DNA of 64,000 bases from an uncultured Candidatus Binatia bacterium (GTDB lineage: Bacteria; Desulfobacterota; Binatia; UBA9968; JAJDTQ01), in NCBI GenBank assembly GCA_964291295.2, contig OZ219754.1, positions 1,600,001-1,664,000 on the forward strand, in the 5' to 3' direction. A program made the position numbers and the translations under genes. Below are positions 50,046 to 59,146 of the stretch, piece by piece. Under the pieces are notes generated by a model. It was not told the DNA's origin and searched no databases. It worked only from the letters and a program-made list of their open reading frames with translations. Position 1 is the first letter of the stretch; every line of letters starts with the position of its first letter.

Positions 50046-50930
50046 TCAGGGATTTGAGGCTGTGGTGGTCGGGTTCTTCTTGGCTCCGAATGCACCGACG
50101 GCAAGGGGATGGGTAAACACGCCGCCTACCTCGGCGTGGTTCGGGCCGTAGAACTTGCCGGAAATGTGCGCGGTACCCCGGTCGGAGAAGGCTCCGTTGC
50201 GTACGGTAATGCCGGGGAAGGTGATCGAACCGGTAAACTCCTCGTTCGTATCCATGTAGACGATGTCGGTGAACTCGACATCGAGCTCTCCGGTGGCGAG
50301 TTCGAATTCGAGAGAGGCGCCGCCCCGCAACGGCCGGAAAGGCTGTCTCGCCCTGGTGCTGCCGAACATCAACCCGGTCCATTCGGCGTTGCCGTCAGGG
50401 TTCTGCCCGGTCTGGTCGCCGAAGGAGACGTTGTATGCCGTTTGCCAGGTGACGGACTGACCCTGGGTGGTGGCGACCAAGGACTCGAATGCGCTGTGTT
50501 TGAGCCATGCGCCATAAGCTGCGTAGTTCCAGGTGACGTCGCCCCGGCTCTGCCGGACGCTGTATCGTGCGAACTGGACTCCGGAGATTTCGGTGGCCTC
50601 GCCGTAGTCGATGTCCGGGTCGATGACATGCTTGGAGAGGTCCTGATGCAACGGTCTGGCCGCATCATCCTCCGCTCCCGCCGCCGCCTCGCATTTGAAA
50701 CCCGCGCAATCGTACTGGCTCACGGATGGCGTGTCGTCTCCTTTCACCGAGACCACGTCGCCAATGATCAGGGTGTCCGCCGTCACTATGATATTGCTCA
50801 GTTGCGCCGCCACTCCAAGGCCTTCGAGGACCGTGCCAACGCGATTGCCGCCGCCGCCATCCTTGCCGCATGCCGCCAGCAGAACCACGAAAGCAAGTGC
50901 GATGCGCCACATGTAAAACCTCCTTGTCAT
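50046..50930 (-). CDS. Lipoprotein with transferrin-binding protein B-like C-terminal beta-barrel
   Basis: Lipobox LLAAC-G; AEWTGLMFG, ISGKFYGPNHAEVGGVF..GAFGAKK. Confidence 0.75.
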   Translation of the reverse strand: MTRRFYMWRIALAFVVLLAACGKDGGGGNRVGTVLEGLGVAAQLSNIIVTADTLIIGDVVSVKGDDTPSVSQYDCAGFKCEAAAGAEDDAARPLHQDLSKHVIDPDIDYGEATEISGVQFARYSVRQSRGDVTWNYAAYGAWLKHSAFESLVATTQGQSVTWQTAYNVSFGDQTGQNPDGNAEWTGLMFGSTRARQPFRPLRGGASLEFELATGELDVEFTDIVYMDTNEEFTGSITFPGITVRNGAFSDRGTAHISGKFYGPNHAEVGGVFTHPLAVGAFGAKKNPTTTASNP

Positions 50931-51224
50931 GGCTCCGGGTTACGGCTCCGGGTCATTACGGCCGGGAGTCGGGTTTCTGAGGGGCCACCGAGGGGGGCCA
51001 CCGGGCCAGCAACCTTGATCGACTAACAGAGAAGCCCCGGGACCGCAAGCCGGCTCCTGGTCTGGTCGGAGGAAAGGTTCGTTGGAAAGGTCTTGAAGAA
51101 CCTTCAGGAAACCGGCAGACCGCTGGACGGAACCGGGGCGGAGGTGTGGAGCGATGCCGCGGGCCGAATGACAGCCTCCACTTCGAGCAGAAGGTGCGCG
51201 GTCCCGACGATGTTCACATGGACA

Positions 51225-51254
51225 TGTCCACAAGGGCTGTGTCCACAAGGGCTG
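51225..51254. repeat. Perfect 15-bp tandem repeat TGTCCACAAGGGCTG x2, overlapping the palindrome TGGACATGTCCA (51219-51230)
   Basis: Read directly from the sequence. Confidence 0.9.
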
Positions 51255-51343
51255 GGACGTCGAGCCTACGGAGCCCGCCCGCGCCGCAAGGAAGGACGGA
51301 GGACCGGACGGAGGGAAGTACGGAAGGGGTGAGTGAAATCAGG

Positions 51344-51381
51344 GAGGGGCCTGCCGCGGCTCCGGCGGCAGGCCCCTCTTT
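51344..51381. terminator. 14-bp GC-rich hairpin downstream of the ABC binding-protein gene
   Basis: GAGGGGCCTGCCGC-7 nt-GCGGCAGGCCCCTC; the U-tract is weak on both strands. Confidence 0.6.
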
Positions 51382-51413
51382 GCTGGCGTGAATGCTGGCG
51401 TGAGTATGTCCCG

Positions 51414-52946
51414 CTACTTCACGCCGATGTCCATGCCGTAGATGCGGGAATCGGCCGGAGGTTGATAGTCGATGTTGCTGGCCATGCCCCACAGGAACTC
51501 GTGCCGCCACTGAAAGCAGGCGGGCGCCAGGTCGGTGATCAACTCCATGGCGCGGGTGAGGTATTCGTTGCGTTTCTCCGGATCGAACTCCTGCTGTTCC
51601 GCGTCAAGGGCCGCGTCCAGGTCGGGATGGGAGAAGCCGATGCGCGGCGAGCCGCCCTTTCTGAAGTACTGGTGGAAGGCCGAGCTTGGGTCGAGTACGC
51701 CGCCGCGGCCCATGTAGAAGAACGGCACGCGGCCCTTCTGGACGTTGGCCCAAAGGGTCGGCCACTCCGGCGTCCGCAGCTTGGCCTTGAAGCCAGCGGC
51801 GTTGAGCATCGGGATCATGGCCTCGGTCACCTGCTTGTCGAGGATGTAGCGGTTGACCGGGGTCTGCAGTTCCACCTCGACGCCCCCGTCGGGGTAGCCG
51901 GCCTTGGCCAGCAGCTCGCGCGCCTTCCCAGGGTCATAGGTGTAGCGGGTCTTCAGGTTCGGATTGTATCCCAACTGGCCGGGACCCAGAGGCCCGTCAA
52001 GCCGTTGCGCCTGCCCCTGGAGCAGGGTCTTGATGATCTTGTCCCGGTCGATGGCGTAACACACCGCCTGGCGCACTTCCTTCTTGTCGAAGGGCGGCTT
52101 GGGCTGCATGGCCAGGAACATGAGCACGAGGGACTGGGTTGTCACGATCTTGTGCTTCGGAGAGCTGTCCACCGTCTTCATCAGATGCGGCGGGACGAGC
52201 TGCGCCACCTGCACCTCGTTGTTCATGAGTGCCGCCACCCGTTGCTCGGGCTCGCGCATGACGCGGAAGACGACCTCGTCCGGTGCGTGGGGATTCCTCG
52301 ACATGGCCGGGTGGTCGGGCCGCTTCTTGATGACCATGCGCTGTCCCTGTACCAGTTCCGCCAATTCGTAGGGGCCGCTGCCCATCATGTGCTGCCGGTC
52401 GGCCACCGCGGGGCCGTACTTGTCATAGGCTGCCTTGCTGGTGATGATCAGGCCGTCGCAGAGGAAGTCGAGCAGCGGGGCGGTGGGCTTCTTGGTGGTG
52501 ATCTGCACGGTGAAGTCGTCGATGGCCTTGGCCTCCTTGACCGGGCGGGCCACGGACGCCTTCTGCTTGCTCTGCGGATCGTTCAGGATTCGCCAGAACG
52601 AGTGGACGATGTCGTGGGCCGTCACCGGGCTGCCGTCGTTGAACGTGTAGCGCTGGTCCAGTTCGAACACCCAGGTGTTGGGATCCACAACCTTCCAGCT
52701 CTTGGCCAGTCGCGGCTCCCACTTGCCGTCGCTCCAGTTGTATTTGCACAGGGGGCCGGTCAACTCGGTGTAGATGCCATAGAGCAGCGCGACGCTGTCG
52801 CCGTAAGGGTTGTGCGTCTCCATGGTCTCGGTGACGCCGATGCTGACGCGCGTCTTGTTCTGCGCGAACGAAGCCGTGGCGGCGAGGCACAGGGCCAAGA
52901 CCGCGACGAACAATGCCAGGATGGGGGTCCGCAAAGGATTTCGCAT
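51414..52946 (-). CDS. ABC transporter substrate-binding protein, family 5 (peptide/nickel type)
   Basis: Signal peptide, EPRLAKSWK, FNDGSPVTAHD, GSGPYEL, VRQAVCYAIDR, YDPGKARELLAKAGY. Confidence 0.92.
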   Translation of the reverse strand: MRNPLRTPILALFVAVLALCLAATASFAQNKTRVSIGVTETMETHNPYGDSVALLYGIYTELTGPLCKYNWSDGKWEPRLAKSWKVVDPNTWVFELDQRYTFNDGSPVTAHDIVHSFWRILNDPQSKQKASVARPVKEAKAIDDFTVQITTKKPTAPLLDFLCDGLIITSKAAYDKYGPAVADRQHMMGSGPYELAELVQGQRMVIKKRPDHPAMSRNPHAPDEVVFRVMREPEQRVAALMNNEVQVAQLVPPHLMKTVDSSPKHKIVTTQSLVLMFLAMQPKPPFDKKEVRQAVCYAIDRDKIIKTLLQGQAQRLDGPLGPGQLGYNPNLKTRYTYDPGKARELLAKAGYPDGGVEVELQTPVNRYILDKQVTEAMIPMLNAAGFKAKLRTPEWPTLWANVQKGRVPFFYMGRGGVLDPSSAFHQYFRKGGSPRIGFSHPDLDAALDAEQQEFDPEKRNEYLTRAMELITDLAPACFQWRHEFLWGMASNIDYQPPADSRIYGMDIGVK

Positions 52947-53004
52947 GGCTGTCTCCCTTTCGTTGTGGGTTGCCGACAGGTAACTGACGAAGAGCAATCT
53001 GGCG

Positions 53005-53033
53005 CTTCTATCAACGCGCCCTGGAGTTGTCAA
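53005..53033 (-). promoter_or_regulatory. Probable sigma70 promoter of the ABC binding-protein gene
   Basis: Minus strand TTGACA, 17 nt (ending TGa), TAGAAG. Confidence 0.5.
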
Positions 53034-53449
53034 CCATGGAAGCGCACCTGGAAACCGCTCTTCAGGATCATCTCACGTTGTCAAGTGCGAGCCTTCGCCG
53101 CCGTCCTTTCTCCCTGAGCATCACAGACCCGGCCCATCCGGGCGCCGGACCATGGGACGCCTGGCGCGTTCCATCGCCGCCATCCACCGCACCGGCCGGT
53201 TTCCTGGGTGGTTGCGCCCTCTTCGGCGCTGGACGATTGTCGTGCGCGCGCCGTCTCGTGGGCGCCCGCCGGCGGGTGATCGCCGGCGGGGGATGACTGA
53301 GCCGGGACGCGTACCTGGCCGTTTGGGGGGAGGGGGGGCGACCACCGCGGCAAGGCTGCGGTCACCACGGACCCGGCGGCGGCCAGCGTAAGGCCCCGGT
53401 ACCGCCCAGCCCGAACCGCGTCAGGCCGGGCCAGCCTTGGGGCGCCCTG

Positions 53450-54088
53450 TCATTCGGCGTCCGGCTGCCGCTCAGGGGCCTGATCCCTGAATGCCGGCAA
53501 TCCCATGCAGTTCTCGTGGATACGAGCCAGGGTCGGGTATCGGTCCAGTTCCACGCCGAAGCGTCGTGCGTTGAAGACCTGCGGTACAAGGCAGATGTCG
53601 GCCAAGGTCGGCCGGTTGCCGAAGCAGTGGTCGCCGGTGCGGGAATCGTCCTTCAGCATGGCTTCCATGGCGGCAAAGCCCTCGTCGATCCAGTGGCGGG
53701 CCCACGCGGCCCGGGCGTCGTCAGCGACGCCCAGCTCGTTCTCCAGGTACTGGAGGACGCGGAGGTTGTTGATCGGGTGAATATCGCAGGCGACGACCTG
53801 CGCCAGCGCCCGGACCCACGCCCGGTCCACCGGTGCCTCGGGCAGAAGGGGCGGCTCCGGCACCCGTTCGTCCAGGTACTCGATGATGGCCAAGGACTGC
53901 ATCAGCACCGCCCCGTCGTCGGCCAGCGCCGGTACGAGGCCCTGCGGATTGCACGCCAGGAACTCCGGCGCCCGCTGCTCGTTGCGGCGCAGATGAACCG
54001 GCTGCAGATGGTAGTCCAGGCCCTTGAGCGACAGCGCGATGCGCACCCGGTAGGACGCGGAGCTTCTGTAGTAGCCGTAGAGCTTCAT
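53450..54088 (-). CDS. maiA: Maleylacetoacetate isomerase (GST zeta class)
   Basis: MKLYGYYRSSASYRVRIAL, NPQGLVP, QSLAIIEYL, CDIHPINNLRVL, PERQPDAE. Confidence 0.93.
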   Translation of the reverse strand: MKLYGYYRSSASYRVRIALSLKGLDYHLQPVHLRRNEQRAPEFLACNPQGLVPALADDGAVLMQSLAIIEYLDERVPEPPLLPEAPVDRAWVRALAQVVACDIHPINNLRVLQYLENELGVADDARAAWARHWIDEGFAAMEAMLKDDSRTGDHCFGNRPTLADICLVPQVFNARRFGVELDRYPTLARIHENCMGLPAFRDQAPERQPDAE

Positions 54089-54151
54089 GAATCCTCCGGA
54101 GTTGGCCGGTCCCGGGGTGATACGGCCCGCAAGCCGCATTGCCGCCCATAA

Positions 54152-57100
54152 TCAGGGAGGCGAAAGGACGATATGCGCCGGTCGATGTCTGCTTTCTCCG
54201 AAGTAGAGAGCGCGGAACCTGTCCATCTGCTTGATCCTGTCGATCAGCCCCTTCTCCTGCTTCGAGTTCGAGACGTTCCTGACAAGAAATTTCGCATCTG
54301 CGTCCGTCGAGCGAAAGATGAGATAGTTCGCAACAGCCGAAAATATGGACACATCGAAGTCCCGAGCTTCCTGTGATGCCAATACCAGGGATATGCCGTA
54401 CTTTCGGCACTCCTTCGCCATTGTCGGGATGAGTTTGAGTCGAGCGGCACGGTGTGCTTCGTCGAAGATCAACGCATGAGTGATACGCTTCTGTATTCCT
54501 CGGCGAAACATGTCCTTGTACAGACCGTAGAACACGAGATAGGCAAAAGCTCGTTGCAGGTTGTCGTTTTGTGTCGTGTGGATGCGAATGATGATCGGTC
54601 GTTCATCCTCCCACAAACTGTTCCGTGATCCATCACCGGTTTCAAAGAAACCGTAGTCATCGAGTTCACCCAAACGGGCAAGCAGGGTGCGCAGACCACG
54701 ATCCGGATTTTCGTCGGCATGCAGTATCTCGACGAAACGCTTGAATTCCGGCTCTGGAGCACTCTCGTTTCCGAAGATCCAACCCGCTTCCTCGAAGCTC
54801 TCCTTGATGGCGTGACGAATGCGGTCCGCCTGGATATCTCCCAAGTCCGGAAAGATGGCGGTGAAGATGTCCCGGACGGCCCCGGCAACGTCCAGATGGG
54901 CCATCCGCCCATTTCGATCAATGACTTGCAGCGGGTTAAAGCCAAGTCCGTCGAAGTCGACAAACCGAACTTCCCCGAGCGATTCATGAAGCCGCTCGTC
55001 GATGTCTTGATGGTAGGAAAAGACGACAGGTCGAACGTCCGCAGCGACCATTTTCTTGCACAGATTGACCAGACATGTGGTCTTTCCCATGCCGGGCAGT
55101 CCGGCAATCAGAAGGTGAGGATTGCCGTCTATGCCAAGCCGCCAGTCAACCCCGGCGTTCGTGAGCATGTCTGTGCCCAGGTGCACATCCGGCACACGAC
55201 CGTCCTTGTTGGATAACAAGGCATCCGATGCCTGCCCAGCATCATTCGCTTGTCGAGCGGCAGGTTCGTTTGCGGGAAACGCATGGCTCCCGGTCGACAT
55301 GCTCTCTTCTCGTTGACTCGCTCGTTCCGAAGGAACTGCTCCGGAGTCGCAATTCGAATCCGGGAGAAGACCGGGTCCAAAGAGATATATCTGCGTGGAA
55401 TAGTGATCTGGCGAGATTCTCAGCGGCTGGTGGCCGGAGTATTCCGGGCAGAACAGCCAGCCGCGATCGCTTCTCGTGGTCGATGCGAAGGTATAGTCTC
55501 TGCCCCGTTCGATCATGCGATCGATTTGGTCCATGAGTTCGCCATGGCGCTGGGCCGGAAGACAATGCCTTCGCGCCTTGTCGGCGTAGAAGCGCAGCAC
55601 ACGCGCCAGCTTGGCGCGGCGAATGGCCCGGAACGTCGAGCAGACGTTTTCGCCGCCATACCAGCCCTCCCATTGCTCCCGGAGCGTCTGTGTCTGTTTG
55701 TCGATCTGTTTGAGGATATCCGAGGACCGAGCCGTACGCAGATGACGTCGGAACTTTACCTCGATAAACTGAAAACAGAGGCCCTTGCGGGGCTCCACGG
55801 TCACGTAGATCAGGTCGGGGCGTGTCGCTCTCCCATCCTTGTCCTTGTCTCCCATCAAGGGCGGAAGCAGATCCCTGACATCGTCAACCGGGATGATGAC
55901 TCCGTCCTCAAGCGAGCCCCAGCAGTCGTCGTCTCCCGAGAGGGCTTGGCAGTTGGCGTGGGACATGGCCAGCGCGATCAATTCCGATGTAGGCCGCCTA
56001 TGGCCGGTGAGACGAATGGCAAGTCGGCCGCTAAGGGCTTTCAGATGTCTCAACAGGAACGCGGCGTTGCCGCTGCCGCGGCTCAATCCCATCTGATCGA
56101 GCATGCCGTCGAGCAGGCTGCAGACTTCCTCCAGATTGGCAGTGGATGTAATCAATTGCAGGCACCCGAGGTCTTCACGCTCCGGCACGCAGTCGATGAC
56201 GTATGCGTCGTAGACCGCACGGTTATCCTGCGGTGAGTCGAAATATTCGATGCCGGCGTTCCGGTCCAAGGTGATGAGCCAATCGCAAAGTTGGTGCAGT
56301 TGCTTGAGGCTCTGGCCCTTCTCGGGAGGTACTTCCGTTCTCAATACCGGCAATCTGCCGGTATTTGCGCCGATGTGGCGGGCTACGCCATCCTGAAGAG
56401 CGTGCTGGAGGCGCGCGAGCCACTCGGTATGTGTCCGTCTGGACGGGTGCCTTTCGCCTTCGGAAACCTTGAGAGGGATGCTACTCCATGCGGGTGAAGG
56501 CAGGCTCGTGTAGTACCGCTTGTAGAAGGACAGCAAGCCGAACGCGTGGGGTGGCCCGGAGGCCTCGTCCTCCTTTTCCACGACGACACGGGACTCGAAC
56601 GTATCGAACGCGATCGCCAAGTGCGCCGCGGTGCTTGGATCCGGCTGCTCCTTGCGCGCCCAACGCAGCCGGGGCATGTTGACGCCTCCGGGAAGGCTCA
56701 AGGACTCCAACATCCACCGATCTTCTTCAGCCAGAACCCCTGCTCCACTTCGGCGCTTCTCCCGCGCTTCCGCAATGAACCGTCCCGCGACGCCACGTTG
56801 CTCGGTGGTCGGATAGAGGTCCAACGAGAATATCGGCGCTGTCGCGGTATATTCCTGGCCACCGTCCTGATCCGCATCATCAACATCCTGTCGATAGCGC
56901 CGCTGAACGGTACCGAGCGATCGGGCGACGGTCTGACCGTCGCCGGCGCGTAGCGCATGGATGTGCAGCAGGCGTGACGTGTCGTGACAATCCAGGTACT
57001 TGACGACTTCGTCCGCCAACACTTGGGCGCTCTGGCTGCCTACGGCCGGTATGCTGTCGGCTACCTCGCCGGCGCCGAGCGCGCGCGCCAGGATCGCCAC

Positions 57101-59146
57101 CGCGGCCTTGGGTTCCTTGTCCGTATCTGGCACCATTCCCACCGAATGGAAGCCGAGCATATCAGCGAAGACGAACGCCCCGCCATTGGGGTTGGGAAGG
57201 AACGTGGGGAACATGGCACCGTTCAGGCTCGAAAACTCGGCGCGAATGTCCTTGGGGGCCTGACCTTGGGCGAAGGCCGTATGGAGAACGAGATTGTCGT
57301 AAGCTGCATGCCACGCCACCCGCAACGGGTGGGCAGGCAGGACGATGAGGCCGATGGTGCGTTCAGACAGCGATTGGACTTCCACGGTGTTGGCAAGCGA
57401 CAACAACGGATCGCCGTCTTGCAGGAGCGCAACCCAGGCCCGCAGATACTCGTGGACGATGCGGAATACTCCGGCCATTTCGTCATAAATCTGGCCGACT
57501 CCACCAATCTCGGCGAAGCGGATGGCAAGTTTGCGGCTGGCCGCCGCCACCGATTCCCATGCTTGGCCGTCATCACTCGGAAACGGCTTGAACTCCGGAG
57601 CGCCGGCGCGCTCTCCGGAGCCGCGCACGGTGACTATCCACCGGCCAATTCGGCCTTCTCTCTTCACCCATTGACTTTCGACCTCGGCAATCAGCGAGGG
57701 CCTGAAGACACGAAAGCTCTTTCGTCGGCCCTGTTCGACGGGCGTTCGCAACAGGATGATGCCTTTGTTGGAATCGGTGGTCACGCCGGAAGACGGAGAT
57801 GAGACAATCGCCGAGACGGCTTCGCGACTTTCGAGTTCGGCAAGCCCTTCGCTGAGTGTCCGAACCTTCGTGCCAACGCCTCCGGTTTCCTGCTTCGGCG
57901 GGTCTCCGAAGCGAATAACAAACTCCTCGCTTTCCTGGCGCTCGAATTCAGCCTTGTCGACAACTTCAACCGTGACTTTAGCCGACAGCCGTGCGTTTTC
58001 ATCCAGAATCTGGAAATCGTCTTCCGTGAAGCGATGTTTCTCCCCACCTTTTCGTGCAGAGTGCGGGACTTGCTCGCTTGCGATCTCTTCACCCTGATCC
58101 GTTTCGACAACAACACGATAGTCCGCTGCGTTCTTTTCGAGACGAGCCGGCTCAATCTTCCACCTGATCTCCAGAATCGAAGAAGGGCCGCTCTTGTCTG
58201 CATCTCCTCTGAGGATGAGTTCGGGAGGATTGTCTGCACCGCCGTCCTCGACCAAGCCGGACCACCGGGCGACGGTACCGTTCCGGTTTCGCCAGGAGGT
58301 TAGTTCGATATGCTGGATCGACTGTGCCGGAGGTTCGGTACGCAGATTACCGATCCACAGGGTTTCTTTCTCGGCCAACGTTTCCAGCGCGGTACGCAGC
58401 GGCTTGGTATCTACTGAATGGAGGAAGCGCTCAAGGTTGTTGATTTCGGTCTCCGAACTCCGATCGAACCGTACTGCGTCGATGCGCGTCGCTGGTGCCA
58501 AGCTCGCGCCGGCAGTCCCCAACAGGCGATCGACCAACATGCGCGAAGTGTCGAGGTCATCCGGAAAACTCGAGCCTTTCGAATGCCGGATGGGCCAAAG
58601 ACCAAGTAAATGCAAGTAAGATCCCGGCCATTTGCTACCCGCGGCGACTTGGCAGAGGAAGTCGAACTCCGCCCATCGCGACAGGGCGTACCTGCCGCGG
58701 CGTCCTCGCGCCTTTTTGATCGCCTGCTCGGCGTATCGACGATCCTCCGAAGAGTGGCTCGTTGTGATCTGACGGAGCGCCAAGCGCCCCGCCTCCTGAA
58801 ACAGCGCTACTTCACCCACTTCCCGGGCAGCGCTGTAGATGCTGTCCATTCCGGCACCGGCATGTGCAGTGTCAATCAGAAGCAGGACGGCATCGCCCTT
58901 CGCCTCGCGTATCTCTACCGCACGATCGGCGGTGACGGTCCGTTCTCCGGCATCTTCCCTGTCTGCCACCATCAGCACTTGCCAACCGGAAGGCGCAAAG
59001 GATCGATCCGCGGCGAGCGCTTTCACTACACCCGGCGTCAAGCAGCGCACAAAGGCCATAGTGCCAGGTAGGGAAGCGCCGAGTACTTTGCCGAGCGCCT
59101 TTGCGAGTACCTTGCCGTGAAGTCCCGTCCAGTGCATGTCAATCAT
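54152..59146 (-). CDS. Large DndH(DptH)/Mad8-like protein: PD-(D/E)xK motif plus C-terminal HerA/FtsK-type ATPase
   Basis: About 1,660 aa. RPDLIYV...FIEVKF; Walker A GLPGMGKT, Walker B ALIFDEAH, KECRKYG and LASQ HerA motifs. Confidence 0.78.
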   Translation of the reverse strand: MIDMHWTGLHGKVLAKALGKVLGASLPGTMAFVRCLTPGVVKALAADRSFAPSGWQVLMVADREDAGERTVTADRAVEIREAKGDAVLLLIDTAHAGAGMDSIYSAAREVGEVALFQEAGRLALRQITTSHSSEDRRYAEQAIKKARGRRGRYALSRWAEFDFLCQVAAGSKWPGSYLHLLGLWPIRHSKGSSFPDDLDTSRMLVDRLLGTAGASLAPATRIDAVRFDRSSETEINNLERFLHSVDTKPLRTALETLAEKETLWIGNLRTEPPAQSIQHIELTSWRNRNGTVARWSGLVEDGGADNPPELILRGDADKSGPSSILEIRWKIEPARLEKNAADYRVVVETDQGEEIASEQVPHSARKGGEKHRFTEDDFQILDENARLSAKVTVEVVDKAEFERQESEEFVIRFGDPPKQETGGVGTKVRTLSEGLAELESREAVSAIVSSPSSGVTTDSNKGIILLRTPVEQGRRKSFRVFRPSLIAEVESQWVKREGRIGRWIVTVRGSGERAGAPEFKPFPSDDGQAWESVAAASRKLAIRFAEIGGVGQIYDEMAGVFRIVHEYLRAWVALLQDGDPLLSLANTVEVQSLSERTIGLIVLPAHPLRVAWHAAYDNLVLHTAFAQGQAPKDIRAEFSSLNGAMFPTFLPNPNGGAFVFADMLGFHSVGMVPDTDKEPKAAVAILARALGAGEVADSIPAVGSQSAQVLADEVVKYLDCHDTSRLLHIHALRAGDGQTVARSLGTVQRRYRQDVDDADQDGGQEYTATAPIFSLDLYPTTEQRGVAGRFIAEAREKRRSGAGVLAEEDRWMLESLSLPGGVNMPRLRWARKEQPDPSTAAHLAIAFDTFESRVVVEKEDEASGPPHAFGLLSFYKRYYTSLPSPAWSSIPLKVSEGERHPSRRTHTEWLARLQHALQDGVARHIGANTGRLPVLRTEVPPEKGQSLKQLHQLCDWLITLDRNAGIEYFDSPQDNRAVYDAYVIDCVPEREDLGCLQLITSTANLEEVCSLLDGMLDQMGLSRGSGNAAFLLRHLKALSGRLAIRLTGHRRPTSELIALAMSHANCQALSGDDDCWGSLEDGVIIPVDDVRDLLPPLMGDKDKDGRATRPDLIYVTVEPRKGLCFQFIEVKFRRHLRTARSSDILKQIDKQTQTLREQWEGWYGGENVCSTFRAIRRAKLARVLRFYADKARRHCLPAQRHGELMDQIDRMIERGRDYTFASTTRSDRGWLFCPEYSGHQPLRISPDHYSTQIYLFGPGLLPDSNCDSGAVPSERASQREESMSTGSHAFPANEPAARQANDAGQASDALLSNKDGRVPDVHLGTDMLTNAGVDWRLGIDGNPHLLIAGLPGMGKTTCLVNLCKKMVAADVRPVVFSYHQDIDERLHESLGEVRFVDFDGLGFNPLQVIDRNGRMAHLDVAGAVRDIFTAIFPDLGDIQADRIRHAIKESFEEAGWIFGNESAPEPEFKRFVEILHADENPDRGLRTLLARLGELDDYGFFETGDGSRNSLWEDERPIIIRIHTTQNDNLQRAFAYLVFYGLYKDMFRRGIQKRITHALIFDEAHRAARLKLIPTMAKECRKYGISLVLASQEARDFDVSIFSAVANYLIFRSTDADAKFLVRNVSNSKQEKGLIDRIKQMDRFRALYFGESRHRPAHIVLSPP

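Noticed and set aside
51211-51250. TGTCCACA copies as DnaA boxes / replication origin
   Set aside because: Only 2-3 imperfect boxes, explained by a tandem duplication; no AT-rich unwinding element or dnaA context.
53081-53450. Short ORFs or a MITE between the ABC binding-protein gene and maiA
   Set aside because: Low-complexity GC-rich translations with no RBS, terminal inverted repeats or second copy seen.
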